A stretch of 62,404 bases of DNA, the filler included, from Choristocarpus tenellus KU-1152 (lineage: Eukaryota > Protista > Phaeophyceae), in assembly GCA_964200185.2 (NCBI GenBank). It is 11 parts of 11 records of this genome, joined end to end, with 100 filler letters (N's around TTAATTAATTAA, not from the genome) between each part and the next. Parts side by side here need not be neighbours in the genome. Positions count along the whole stretch, not along the records: positions 11,271 to 14,513 come from CAXNAD020021311.1; positions 14,614 to 21,543 come from CAXNAD020007035.1; positions 21,644 to 34,234 come from CAXNAD020001775.1; 8 more parts are not named here. One strand, written 5' to 3'. Below, piece after piece: positions 13,651 to 24,751 of this stretch; positions within the stretch are counted from its first letter, which is position 1; every line of letters begins with the position of its first letter. The notes under the pieces are model-generated. The model saw only the letters and a program-made list of their open reading frames with translations. It ran no database searches and was not told where the DNA came from. Made by a program: the position numbers and the translations under genes.

Positions 13651-14384
13651 CATCGAAGCTGGTAGGATGGTGGTGACCTGCGAGGGTGCTCATCCTTCTA
13701 TTGCAGTTCTGTGTCATCCGACCCGCTGTTGGATATGGAGAAACAATTGTATCCAAAAAATCGATATTGTTAGGTGATTTTGACATCTCAAATTGGAGAC
13801 TCCTGCGAACCAGGTATTGGGAGGGTTATCGATGTATTGGTATGGTGTTACAAGGTATGCCACCAAGATACACGTACACAACTGATGGTATGCGCTTCAA
13901 TACTCTTACACTGCCGCTAACTACTCTGTTACTTTCTTTTATACTGAAGAAAAACTAAAAATGCCAAAAAAGATGATCGACTGGATCTATCAGTTCTACG
14001 TTTACACATGTCCCTCCCTGGTTGGATTTTATTTATTTTTTTACGAATATTTTTTTTTACTGTTTTTCAACTGAACACTTTTTTTGGGGGATTTTTTTTT
14101 TGTGGTTGACATTCTTGGGGCCTGAGATTTTTTTTTTTTCCTCAAGAATTTTGAAAGTGAAGATTCGTAGGTGCTCACGTCGTCATCTGCAGGTGTGAGG
14201 AAGAAATTTAAACCATGTCCTTAGCCTTTTTAGCGATCGATTTCAGTAATGCAAGAGAAAAACATTCTGTGCTCTTGTTTCAGAAGCATTTATGACCTGT
14301 GATTGCATGAGTTGCATCTTGGAATACAACAGCAATTTGGGTTTCTAATCCGACCTTGTGAATAATGATATGTGAAATTTGGTA

Positions 14385-14447
<63 letters not shown>

Positions 14448-14613
14448 CCTCCCCCTCCTTCTGGGGCCTGGCCGCTCCCCCCCCGCGCTCGCGCTCCGGT
14501 TTTCGCCAGGTTGNNNNNNNNNNNNNNNNNNNNNNNNNNNNNNNNNNNNNNNNNNNNTTAATTAATTAANNNNNNNNNNNNNNNNNNNNNNNNNNNNNNN
14601 NNNNNNNNNNNNN

Positions 14614-14789
14614 CATGTTTGTTAGGAGATGACAATATCCTTGTTCCGGACACTCCTTTTCATAACGTATGCATTTTACCTACTCCAAAGCATTTTGGAG
14701 TAGGTAAAATGTCATTAAGAACCCGTGGGAAACCGATCCCCAAATGGACAAACAAGGAAAAACTTGTACCCTCTAAGATACTTTCACAC
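14614..14789 (-). mobile_element. Sola2-like MITE, partial copy at contig start
   Basis: Ends TACCCTCTAAGATACTTTCACAC; has the central 18-bp-stem hairpin CATTTTACCTACTCCAAA-GCAT-TTTGGAGTAGGTAAAATG at 14672-14711. Confidence 0.88.
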
Positions 14790-16415
14790 ATATCCCATGC
14801 AGACATATTTTGAGAGTACACCCCCATCTGTTTACTCCAGAGTAGTACTATATGAGAATGACTGTGCATAAGTACATAATTCATGAGTTCAATTTCATGA
14901 CGAGCAGGAAAACAATATACTCAAAAAAGCCCAAGACTCAATTCTAGTTGACGCAAGTATCTACAACCCTAACCTGAGTGTGTTCCATCATGATTTCTTA
15001 ACATCGTCAACATCATGACAAGTCAAAGAGCCCACAGAACCTTCCACACCGCCTACAAACTGCACAAACATAAACCACCACCATGGTCTGGGAAGTTTGA
15101 CACGTTCTTTGCACGCCTGAGCACCCTCATGTGGTGCCCAATTCCATGTCCCTTATGCCCTTTCATTTGCAATGTGCGAAAGCCAGGTACATACAGAGTA
15201 TAATAAGAGACGAACAGAAATCTTTGAGAAAAGCAAGAAGGAAGAGGAGGCACGAGAGTTCTTCCTCAAAAACAATGACAAGTGGCAAGCAGAGATCCTG
15301 GTACAAAAGGCTCGCAGGGAGGAAGAGGGCAGAGAGGGGGCAGAGGGTAGCACTAGGGCACAATTGATTGCACACGGAGTTGAAGCCCGTCACAGTAAGT
15401 TGCAACATGAGGCATAAGGTGCCCTGCATACTTGAGTGTGCAAATTGCCAGCCATCTCCAGTGACTGTTGAATCAAGTGGATAAAGAAATGGAATTTTCT
15501 GAATGTTCAACTTACAAAATTAATATAATTCTGTCTCGTATCGGCACAAGGTATCAAATTCGATTTATGAAGGAAAGTCTAAATTTTAGTTCACGGATTC
15601 ATGTCTATTCTCATTCCTTTTTTCGCAATTTGGGGGTTATCCTTCCCAACAATCATTCACATCATTTTCGATTTCCCTCAAAATGCCAATTAATAAAGTG
15701 AATAGTGTACAGTGCAAACACCCTAATATGTACATCATATCCTTTTCCTCGGTACAGTTTGAAGCACAAGCAGGGAAAGTTGTGGCAGGATAAAATGAAG
15801 AGGAATCTACTAAGTTATCCATATATAATAACGAGGAGCGGTCTGGGATGCTACTGAGTCCTTTTATTACAGACTTAAACAACATTAAACATGAATGTAC
15901 TTGTGCCATTTCCTCTCCACTATGGAGAGAGATTTGCTAGAGCAGTCTTTACCTGGCAGTGTGGAGAATACCCATTGTACATCACGGGTTCACTATGTTT
16001 CAACAAGTACATATATTTTGGGCGGTGTGGAGTAATAATGGAGCTTGAGATCTACGAGTGATCCATTGGAGTATAGAAGACTGAGGACGCTGGTCAGCTG
16101 TTGGACCCATGAAGCATAATGATTCCTGAGATTTTTTTCACTTTATACTCAAGATGTTTCAAAACAATTGACCATACTTGGGAGGAGTGTGGACCGTGTA
16201 TACTGCCTCAGAAGTTGATGTTTGAGGTAAAAGACAAGAGCTGACTTTGCTGGACTTACGTGAAAAAATGGTTGTTTGTCTTGAAGTTGACACAGTGTAA
16301 GTTGTGGTTGGTCTGGGTTGCAGATGATATTTTTCTGTAGCACATATTTCTCATTTTTTTTTAACGCGCCTGTTTTAGTGGATGCAATATTTGAGTGAAA
16401 CTGCCGTTTTTGAGC

Positions 16416-16678
16416 GAGTGAAAGTATCTTAGGGTTAGGGTACAAGTTTTTCACTGTTTGTCCGTTTGGGGCTTGGCTTCCCACGGGTTTTAAGGACATT
16501 TTACCTACCCCAAAACCATTTCTGTGTAGATAAAATGTATGTGTTATGAAAAGGTGTGTCCAGAACAAGGACATTGATATCTCCTAAAGAGCACAGTAGC
16601 CAAAATTACATCAAAATCACAACATTGGATTTTGGCCCCCAAATGGACGCGACTCTACCCTCTAACATACTTTGACTC
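16416..16678 (+). mobile_element. Sola2-like MITE, complete copy with TTAGGGTTAGGG inside the left TIR
   Basis: GAGTGAAAGTATCTTAGGGTTAGGGTAC ... TACCCTCTAACATACTTTGACTC. Flanks GAGC/AGCT give an imperfect TSD. Confidence 0.88.
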
Positions 16679-17047
16679 AGCTTGGTGTGAATACTTGAGG
16701 ATAATTTTTGAAGTAAATTGTACATGAGTGGGTGTGTAAGGAGTAGTGAAGCTCCAATGCAATTCGGCAACATACACCTATATTTTCCTTTACATCGTAC
16801 ATCATAGGAGGCATCTCGAAAACTAACACACTTCCGTGCAATATTAAGAAATAGATTGTTATGTACACATACAAAGTTGTTCATAAAGCTTTTGCTGCCT
16901 TTGACGTTCCTCTTTTGCTCACCATCAGTGGTTGCCCTTCATGAAATGGAGCATAATTGTGACAGTGTCACCCGTCACTACCACCCATACCCGCCCAACC
17001 GACCTGACCATCCAAGTTAACAGATTTCCCACCCACCTGTCACACAT

Positions 17048-18232
17048 ATGTGCATTTGCCACCTTATTACAGCTGCAGAGAGAGCACACATCCGAGAGTA
17101 TGGTGTTGGCGAAGCAATGACGCAGGAAATATTGCAACTTATGCGTCGCTCTGGGATAATTGCTGGTGTGAACCAACCCTCTCAGGATGAGATAGAACCA
17201 CCACAGGAGACACAAACTTTCCTTTTTTTGCAGCTCAAAAAGAGGAAGGGGGCCGACAAAGCTGGTGCACTGAAGGACATACCTGGTATAGAAATGATAG
17301 CAGAACATCTTGGCCCTTGTCCTCCTCATAGACCTACCGAGCATAGGGGTGATCAGGACCAAGTAGATGCAATCCTTGTTGCGGGAAGTCTGGTGTCCAA
17401 CCTGGATATTGCAACTGACTCAACGGTAAAGTCATTTGCACAGCAGCCTCAGTTACCAACTATCCCTAAGATGGATTCCATGGCGAGAACAAAAACTAGA
17501 GGATTGGGGAGAAAGGAGGTGACCTTTGATAGAATGAGTCGAGCCAGGGGAAGGAAAAAGGGTTCAGGGGCTTTTGAAGTGGATCTCCTCCGATTCAGAA
17601 GTATAGAAGAGATAATAGGGGAGCAAGGCCTAGGGCATTACGGAGGAGAGGGCCTTGCAGTGGACCTTGCAGCTGGTGCATGCCCTCGCCTCACTATCCT
17701 GCGGCTTGGTAGGTGTGGTCTGAGACATCGCGGCTTAAACGCACTCCTTTGTACCTTCATGGGGGGAGCTGGGGGTCGATCAATCCGAGAACTTGACCTG
17801 AGGGCAAATGGCTTCACTGGTGCCACCGGGGCAGGGATGATAGGGGAGGCACTGGCCAGGGGAGCTTTACCAGCCTTGCAAGATCTCAACCTTAGTGGCA
17901 ACCTCTTTGGCGATGAAGGAGGGAAACTGGTGGCACATCAGATCCTCTCTGGTAATGGTAAGGTCAGGGACAAGAGAAGGAGCAGACCTGGTGGGAAGGG
18001 TGTAAAAGGCAATTTAGTGACATTGAGGGAGGGGTGGTCTCGCCTCATTCGACTGGATCTTTCAGCCAATGGAATGCATGATATTGGTGTAGAAGCAATG
18101 TATAAGGCCTTGACTACATGTGAGGGAAAATTTCTTGCACCGGCAGTCAAACGTATCAGCCTTCGAGACAACTACACCTCCTCTGTTGCTCGATCAAGAA
18201 TGTCTATCCTCCCTCCATTCCTTATCATGTAA
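17048..18232 (+). CDS. Ribonuclease-inhibitor-like leucine-rich repeat protein (may be a long terminal exon starting at ~17073)
   Basis: 394-codon uninterrupted ORF with RI-type LRRs: LTILRLGRCGL, IRELDLRANGF, LQDLNLSGNLFGDEG, LIRLDLSANGMHDIG, VKRISLRDN. A possible acceptor TTACAG ends at 17072. Confidence 0.85.
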   Translation: MCICHLITAAERAHIREYGVGEAMTQEILQLMRRSGIIAGVNQPSQDEIEPPQETQTFLFLQLKKRKGADKAGALKDIPGIEMIAEHLGPCPPHRPTEHRGDQDQVDAILVAGSLVSNLDIATDSTVKSFAQQPQLPTIPKMDSMARTKTRGLGRKEVTFDRMSRARGRKKGSGAFEVDLLRFRSIEEIIGEQGLGHYGGEGLAVDLAAGACPRLTILRLGRCGLRHRGLNALLCTFMGGAGGRSIRELDLRANGFTGATGAGMIGEALARGALPALQDLNLSGNLFGDEGGKLVAHQILSGNGKVRDKRRSRPGGKGVKGNLVTLREGWSRLIRLDLSANGMHDIGVEAMYKALTTCEGKFLAPAVKRISLRDNYTSSVARSRMSILPPFLIM

Positions 18233-21200
18233 AACTAGTCATGGATAGGGTGACTATATACACGCTTGACATACAGCCCAGCTCGCTAACCATCCAACTG
18301 CTAAAGAGATTTTCGGGAGGTGTTATTGAGGTTTAGAGCCCTTGTGGATCTTCCAGGTTACACCTGTGACTGGTCCTTGAGTTGAAGGATATGTTCTTTC
18401 GGTAAAATAGTATGTAAAGGATTTCCCTTCCCCACTAGAACCGAAACATAGGAGGATGGGTTTAACTCCCCCAATAAAAAAACACAAGTACCAATGGAGT
18501 AGTATTCTTGGTAGCAATACCAATTCAATAATAATGCCATCCCTTGAATCAACAGATCCGTATTTCTTTGATCCCTCAAACCTCACAGCGCACTCAAAGC
18601 ATGACATTGTGAATCCTGAGAGGTTGGCATTGTATCCAACACTACCTGAAAACTTCGCTCACATGATGTTTATTGAAAAGCTTGTCAAGTCCCCTTGTAA
18701 TTGTTTCTGTCATTCAGATTAGGTCTTGTGGAAAAGATTGGTTCAGATTTAAGGCATGGTCTTTGCCGGTGTGATATGCCAAGTATAATACATGTGTCCA
18801 GGTACACACAACAATAAGAACATGTCCATGACCACAGAGAATAGACAGGTACACTTGAGTATATGATCCAATATATTGAATCAGTTCTGGCAAGGTGTGA
18901 CCACCTGTATTTGCTTTTTTGGTGCTAGAAATGTTTTGGTAACAAAAATGTTTTTGGTGGGAAAGTGTTGATGAAAGATGGAACCACTTCCATTTTTTCA
19001 ATAACTCAACAAAAGGTTGGCCTGCTCAGTATTTAATGATGTTGCTTACACACACTAGTTGAGCACAAGTATATCCTGTTTTCCAAGTTCAATCTTTGAT
19101 ATTGTTTTGTCATGAGTAGAGAGAATTTGAACAGATGCAATACCTATTTATAAGTGCCTCGGTAAAAGGCCCCTCCACCAAAGGTTCTACATTTGTCCAT
19201 AAAAGGCTCCATCCCCTTCTCTCATATTGGAATAATCGAAATTTCAGTTGTTAAATACATACCGAAGCACACATGATGTCTGAAAGTTGCTGGCAGGTAA
19301 GATCTTTTTAAACACCTTGCACGGTATGGAAAACCCCATGCTTTTGGGGTATTTTTCTCATAATATTGATTCTTTTTCGTTCTATTGATATCAAGTGCGC
19401 TAAGTGAACGCTGCTCTGGCGTGTGAGGTAGTATGTACGCGTAAGTATGACGAAAACCCTATACCGCGTATATTACGTGGGTATGATAGCGTGTTTAACA
19501 TCCAAGATCGAAAGAGTTAAAACTTTCACAGATCACAGATAGATGTTTTTTTGCAGCGCTAGTGTTCTACAGGGAGTTCTAAGCAGTAAAATAAGCAAGG
19601 GAGACCACAGTCCAGACAACAATGTTTGGATACGACCAAAACAGTTTTTGTATTTTGCTGCACATCCATGGTGAAAAGAGTATCTTGCAATGTTCAGTAC
19701 TATTCCTCCTGCGATAATTACTACATGGTGCCCCAACTAATAGTATTAGTCTTTTTTCATACTTCGAAGTGCAGAAGATGTTCTTGATATATTATTTCAG
19801 TATACTTCTCAATAGGTATCCACTAGCAATTAAATGATACATTTTATATAACGACTTTGTACTAAAGTTATGATATAGATAAAAATCCTCCAGTAGTTCA
19901 AAAGAAACGAAACATATATTCATACGTTTTTTAGGGGAAATCCAACCCCGTTCCACACTTCGAAGTTCAAAATGTTTATACACGAGTTGAAGGTCCCATC
20001 ATCGATATTCAGTCCTGCTCTACTTTCAAGTTTGTTATTGTGTCGTCAATCTTATTTTGCAGTGGGGAAGTGAACATATTCTGGTGTGTGAAATGGAGTT
20101 TCAAGTATATTGGCGTAGGACGGCAGGAAATGTGTAGCCATCTTCTCCCAAAATAGTCCTAACGATAAGTAGAGGGATTGAGGCGACAAATATGGATATA
20201 GAAGTGCAACAGTAAAAGAAGTACTATACGAGATCGAGGAATGGAGGCACACAGATTAAATGAACATGCTCATTTGGAGTGAATGGACTGGGTTCAGAGG
20301 GGCAGCATGTAGGGTTTTGAAGGAAGTTGTTACACCTGATGATTAGCCGCCCACATAAACAGCACCCAAGAAGAAGAAGTAAACGACAACCAACATTATC
20401 TTCCTCTCGCTCAACTTCTTTCAGTACTTGGGGATTTCCTTGCTCTTCCCTTACAATCGATATGTCTTCACCTGGAAACTATCTAAACGAAGAAAGCAAC
20501 ACAAGCACAAACCATTTGACTGACTGTAAAATCAGGATAGTAAGTACTACTGCTGCTATATACCTACATCTGATGGTAAGGTAATGTTGTTGATGATGAT
20601 CAGATTTATTCGTGATGCACAAATTCAATATCAGTACCAAGTATGACTTTTGTATTTCTTATGGTTATTTGTAGTTGCAATATGCATGTGTGCCACGCAT
20701 GTTCCATTCACAATCAATGCAACAACAGAGATATGGAAATGTAATCTTGCTTGCTGTGTATACATGTGATCGATACATCCATCCCTCCCTCTTCTCGTAC
20801 TGTCCAGCACAAGGGAAACAGGTCTCTAGAAAGAGCAATGTCCTGGAGTTGTTATGCTTCAGTACACTGTATGTAGCCTACTGGCCCTTGCCTCAGGTTG
20901 AGCAAGGATTATGCCCATACTGGTCTCACGCACCTTGTGCGTATTTCTACAAGAGTTCATATACCAGCACTAATTTGAGCTCGATAAAACACCGGGCAGG
21001 AATGAATACCCAGCCTTGTTTCAGCTGTTCCTAATGGATTGTGAGATATCACGATGATTGTTTACATATAACGAAGAAAGGGTGTGGATTCCAGGCTCAT
21101 TAGGTCCTCAACGCTCTCACCCACCTGCACATTTTTCGTGATTTGTACCTCTATCATGAGAGGTCAACCATTTCTTAAACCAAGAATAGATTTTCAAGTC

Positions 21201-21455
21201 CTGGCCTTGATGGGCAATATAAGAAAGATGGAGGTGGACTATGTAGTCACAACCTATGATATTGGAAGTTGGAAGTTTGGGATTCCGGCCAAATTCCAGC
21301 CTGCAATTAGATCTCAGCTGATGATCTTGGTTCCCTGTGTGGAAGGTCAAGGTGAGAAGATATGATCGTAGCACCTATCCCTAAAGGTGAAGCTGTAGAT
21401 ACTCTTTACAGTCTTCAAATGCCCCCACACCTCTAGCAAGGAGCATTTGGGTTGG

Positions 21456-21543
21456 GACCCAAAGTATCTGGGGGGAGGGGGGGGGGGGCTACACCAGGGT
21501 GTCCCTTTGGATCAAAAACAGGAAACGTGCACTTACATTATCC
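21456..21543 (+). mobile_element. End of a G-rich sibling of the MITE family (GACCCAAAGTATCTGGGGG); similar ends at 21781-21804(-), 34063-34234 and 50522-50580
   Basis: Shares the AAAGTATCT core at the same offset from the terminus, followed by a poly-G run. Every instance is close to a contig break. Confidence 0.6.
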
Positions 21544-21804
21544 NNNNNNNNNNNNNNNNNNNNNNNNNNNNNNNNNNNNNNNNNNNNTTAATTAATTAAN
21601 NNNNNNNNNNNNNNNNNNNNNNNNNNNNNNNNNNNNNNNNNNNCCCCCAACAAACCCCCCCCCCCCCCCCCCCCCCCCCCCTCCCCCCCTTCTTTCCCCC
21701 CCCCACCAACCACCCCCCCCCCCCCCAAAAATATTAACTCAAACAACACACACCACGGGGGTGGGGGTCGCGCCCCCCCCCCCCCCCCCCAGATACTTTG
21801 ACCC

Positions 21805-21856
21805 TGGATTTTCACCCCAAATGGACGCGGCTCTACCCTCTAAGATACTTTAACTC
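21805..21856 (+). mobile_element. Sola2-like MITE right end, apparently interrupted by the G-rich sibling
   Basis: TGGATTTTCACCCCAAATGGACGCGGCTCTACCCTCTAAGATACTTTAACTC. Confidence 0.8.
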
Positions 21857-22931
21857 AACGTCAAGACGGACTGTGGTAGTGGACCTGCAGCACCTCATCC
21901 CACTTCCTACAAAATTTGTGGTGTACAATGGTGACGGTGATGGAGATGTCGAATAACCTAGTGTTATTCTTACGGGCTTTTTGCTGACACAAGTATATAA
22001 CATAGGTTATAGGTACGTTTATATTTTGTTAGGTATGATACAAAGTACGTACATGCATAAAAATATAATAAATCAACATTCATTCGCACGTCAGTGATGA
22101 TGGATGGTTGACGGGCAACTAATAATTCAGTGTGTGCTTTACCATGAAATTCAACTGCTAGCTTCTGGCGACGAGCCTTACATGCGCCAAGTTTCTCAAC
22201 ACGCTTTAGCGCCTAATCCAAACTCTAGCTAGAGGAGGTGCAGCCGGACTGGTTTGATTTGAATTGGTACTGCATCACCCATGGCCTCAGATGGGACCCA
22301 CACCAAACTCCTTCAGCTTACAGATGACAACTATGCAGACTAGTTCGCTACAACCCATGCATTTTGGGGGGCAAAGGGGGATATTGATGAGGCATTGGAG
22401 TATACGAGGGAACCCATCAGAGTGGGTGACATTGAATTCACTAAGGGGGAAGATGTCAGTGAAGAAGAGGTCACCAGGGCCAAGAACGCTTATGACGCCC
22501 TGCTGAGGAGCACAAGTGGGATTTACCGTTGTATAGTCCGCAATGCTGCCTCACCTTCAGGAGCCTGGAAACAACTACGGGAACACTTCCTTATTCAGTC
22601 AGATGAGGAATAGCCAGACTCTAAAGGAAAGTTATGATGGTCAAAATGCCTCGGGGGTCAGACCCCCAAATCGCTTTCACGATGATGCTGGACTGGGTTG
22701 GCCAGATGGCGATGATGGGGCACGTGATGTCCGAGCAGGTCCTAGAAATCGCCATGTTAGACTGTTTGGATGACGACTACCAGATCACCAAACACTATCT
22801 TCAGCACCATAGTAAGAGTGAGCGTTCGAGAGCCACGATACGACAAGCTGCTCGTTCGCGCTACTTCTCTCTCCAACGGGAAGCAGCTGATTGCGGGGAG
22901 CCAGGGAGCACTCTTTCCGCTCAGACCCAGC

Positions 22932-23189
22932 GAGTGAAAGTATCTTAGAGGGTATGAGTCTTGCCCTGTTTGTCCATTTGGGGCTCGGCTTCCCATGGGT
23001 TATTTTATGAGATTTTCCCACTTCAAAAGTTTAGGAGTAGTTAAAATGTATATGTTATGAAACGTGTGTCCAGAATAAGGATATTGACATTTCCTAACCA
23101 ACACGATAGCTAAAATAACATCAAAATAGTAACATTGACCTTTGGCCCCCCAAATGGACGCAGCTCTACCCTCTAAGATACTTTGGCTC
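22932..23189 (+). mobile_element. Sola2-like MITE inserted in copia gag (258 bp)
   Basis: GAGTGAAAGTATCTTAGAGGGTA...TACCCTCTAAGATACTTTGGCTC; TSD CAGC at 22928-22931 and 23190-23193. Confidence 0.94.
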
Positions 23190-24492
23190 CAGCAAAAGGC
23201 TAAACGAGGAGGCAACCAAGGTATGACTGGTCATCGTACACACCCTGAGATGACAGGATCCCGTCCCAGGGGGCTGACCAGGGCTAAGGAAATATGCACA
23301 AGGTGCGGACTGGCAAAACACACGGGTCCTTGCACATATAAAGGACTGTGCTGCAGCTGCGGGAGCAGAGGCCACCAGCAAGCTGTTTGCTCTCAGAGGA
23401 GGGCAGGACCACCACAGTCGGTGGGAAATTCATATCGCCAGAGGGCGAATCCGCTCAAGTTGGCGGAAGAACTAACTGGATGAGAGGAACCGGCTAGGCC
23501 AGAGAGGAAATTTAAGAACATGATAGCCGCAATGACTAACAAAGGTGAGGTAAGTTTGAATGCTCTCGAACGAGGTGTTTTGATTTGGGGGCCTCCAATA
23601 GTGTGACAAAAGACTCGACTCATATGTATGAATTCGCCACATGTCTACAAGGCCATAAAATGACTGTGGCTGACGGCACATCACTGCCCATTGTAGGGTA
23701 CGGCAAAGTTGATTTGAATTTCAATGTTGGCCACGATGAGTGGGTGAATTTTATGCTGACGTCTGTTGCACTTGTCCCGAAGATGCTTTTCAATCTTCTC
23801 TCTGCACATTCTGCTAGTAGGGCTAAGGAAGTGATCATCAAATTGAGTAATGATGCATACTACATAGATGATGGGGAGGATTTTCCGCTCGTTTTAAAGT
23901 GGAATGGATCCATGTACGCAGCTAACGCCGAAAGGTTGCCACCCCCAGAAGAAACACCTTTGGCCGCAACTGTCTCTTCAACACCCATGCACATCAACGT
24001 TTTTCACCGCATTCTCAACCATGCAGGTAAGCGAATCCTTTGACGAACAGCACATGGGCAAGGAATCACACTGCCTGGGAATCTAACATCGACAAAGTGC
24101 ATAGGATGCGCAAAAGGGATTAGGATAAAAGATAGCGTCCCTGAGTCCACCAATGTACGCACTAGGGGACCCTTCACTCGCATTTTTATTGACCTTACAG
24201 GACCCAAGACAGTCAAATCCCTCTGTGGGGCTGAGTATGCCCTGGCAATTGTCGATGATGCGTCTCGCTTCACATGGATACGACTACTCCAGAAGAAGAG
24301 TAATGCTGCCAAGGCCCTTAGACGATGGTTCAGGGCTGAGGTACTCCCCAGTGGGCGGCGAGTTCACTACATTCGACATGACCCAGGGGGTGAGTGACAG
24401 AGTGAGGAATTCCAGGATTTGGCGACGGAAATGGGTGCGGTGCAGGAAATGACTAGGACAGGGGAACCTCAGAATAATGGTACTGCCGAACG

Positions 24493-24751
24493 GAGCCAAA
24501 GTATCTTAGAGGGTAGAGCAGTGTCCATTTGGGGGTCAAAATCCAATGTTGTGATTTTGATGTAATTTTGGCTATCATGTTTGTTAGTAAGCGTCAATAT
24601 CTATGTTTCGGACACAACATTTCATAACTTTTACATTTTACCTAATCCTAAACATTTTGGACTAGGAAAATGTCATAATAAAAAACGTGGGAAGCCAAGC
24701 ACTATAGGGACAAACAGGGCAAAACTCGTACCCTCTAAGATACTTTCACTC
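24493..24751 (-). mobile_element. Sola2-like MITE inserted in copia integrase (259 bp, opposite orientation)
   Basis: TSD AACG at 24489-24492 and 24752-24755. Removing the element and one TSD restores the integrase motif NNGTAERRIAQ. Confidence 0.95.

Noticed and set aside
14365-14513. Poly-proline ORFs (also the poly-Gly ORFs at 21588-21815 and 59585-59779)
   Set aside because: Translations of poly-C or poly-G runs at contig ends.
15015-15417. Charged coiled-coil ORF fragments
   Set aside because: Frameshifted, no motif; cannot be assigned as gene or TE.
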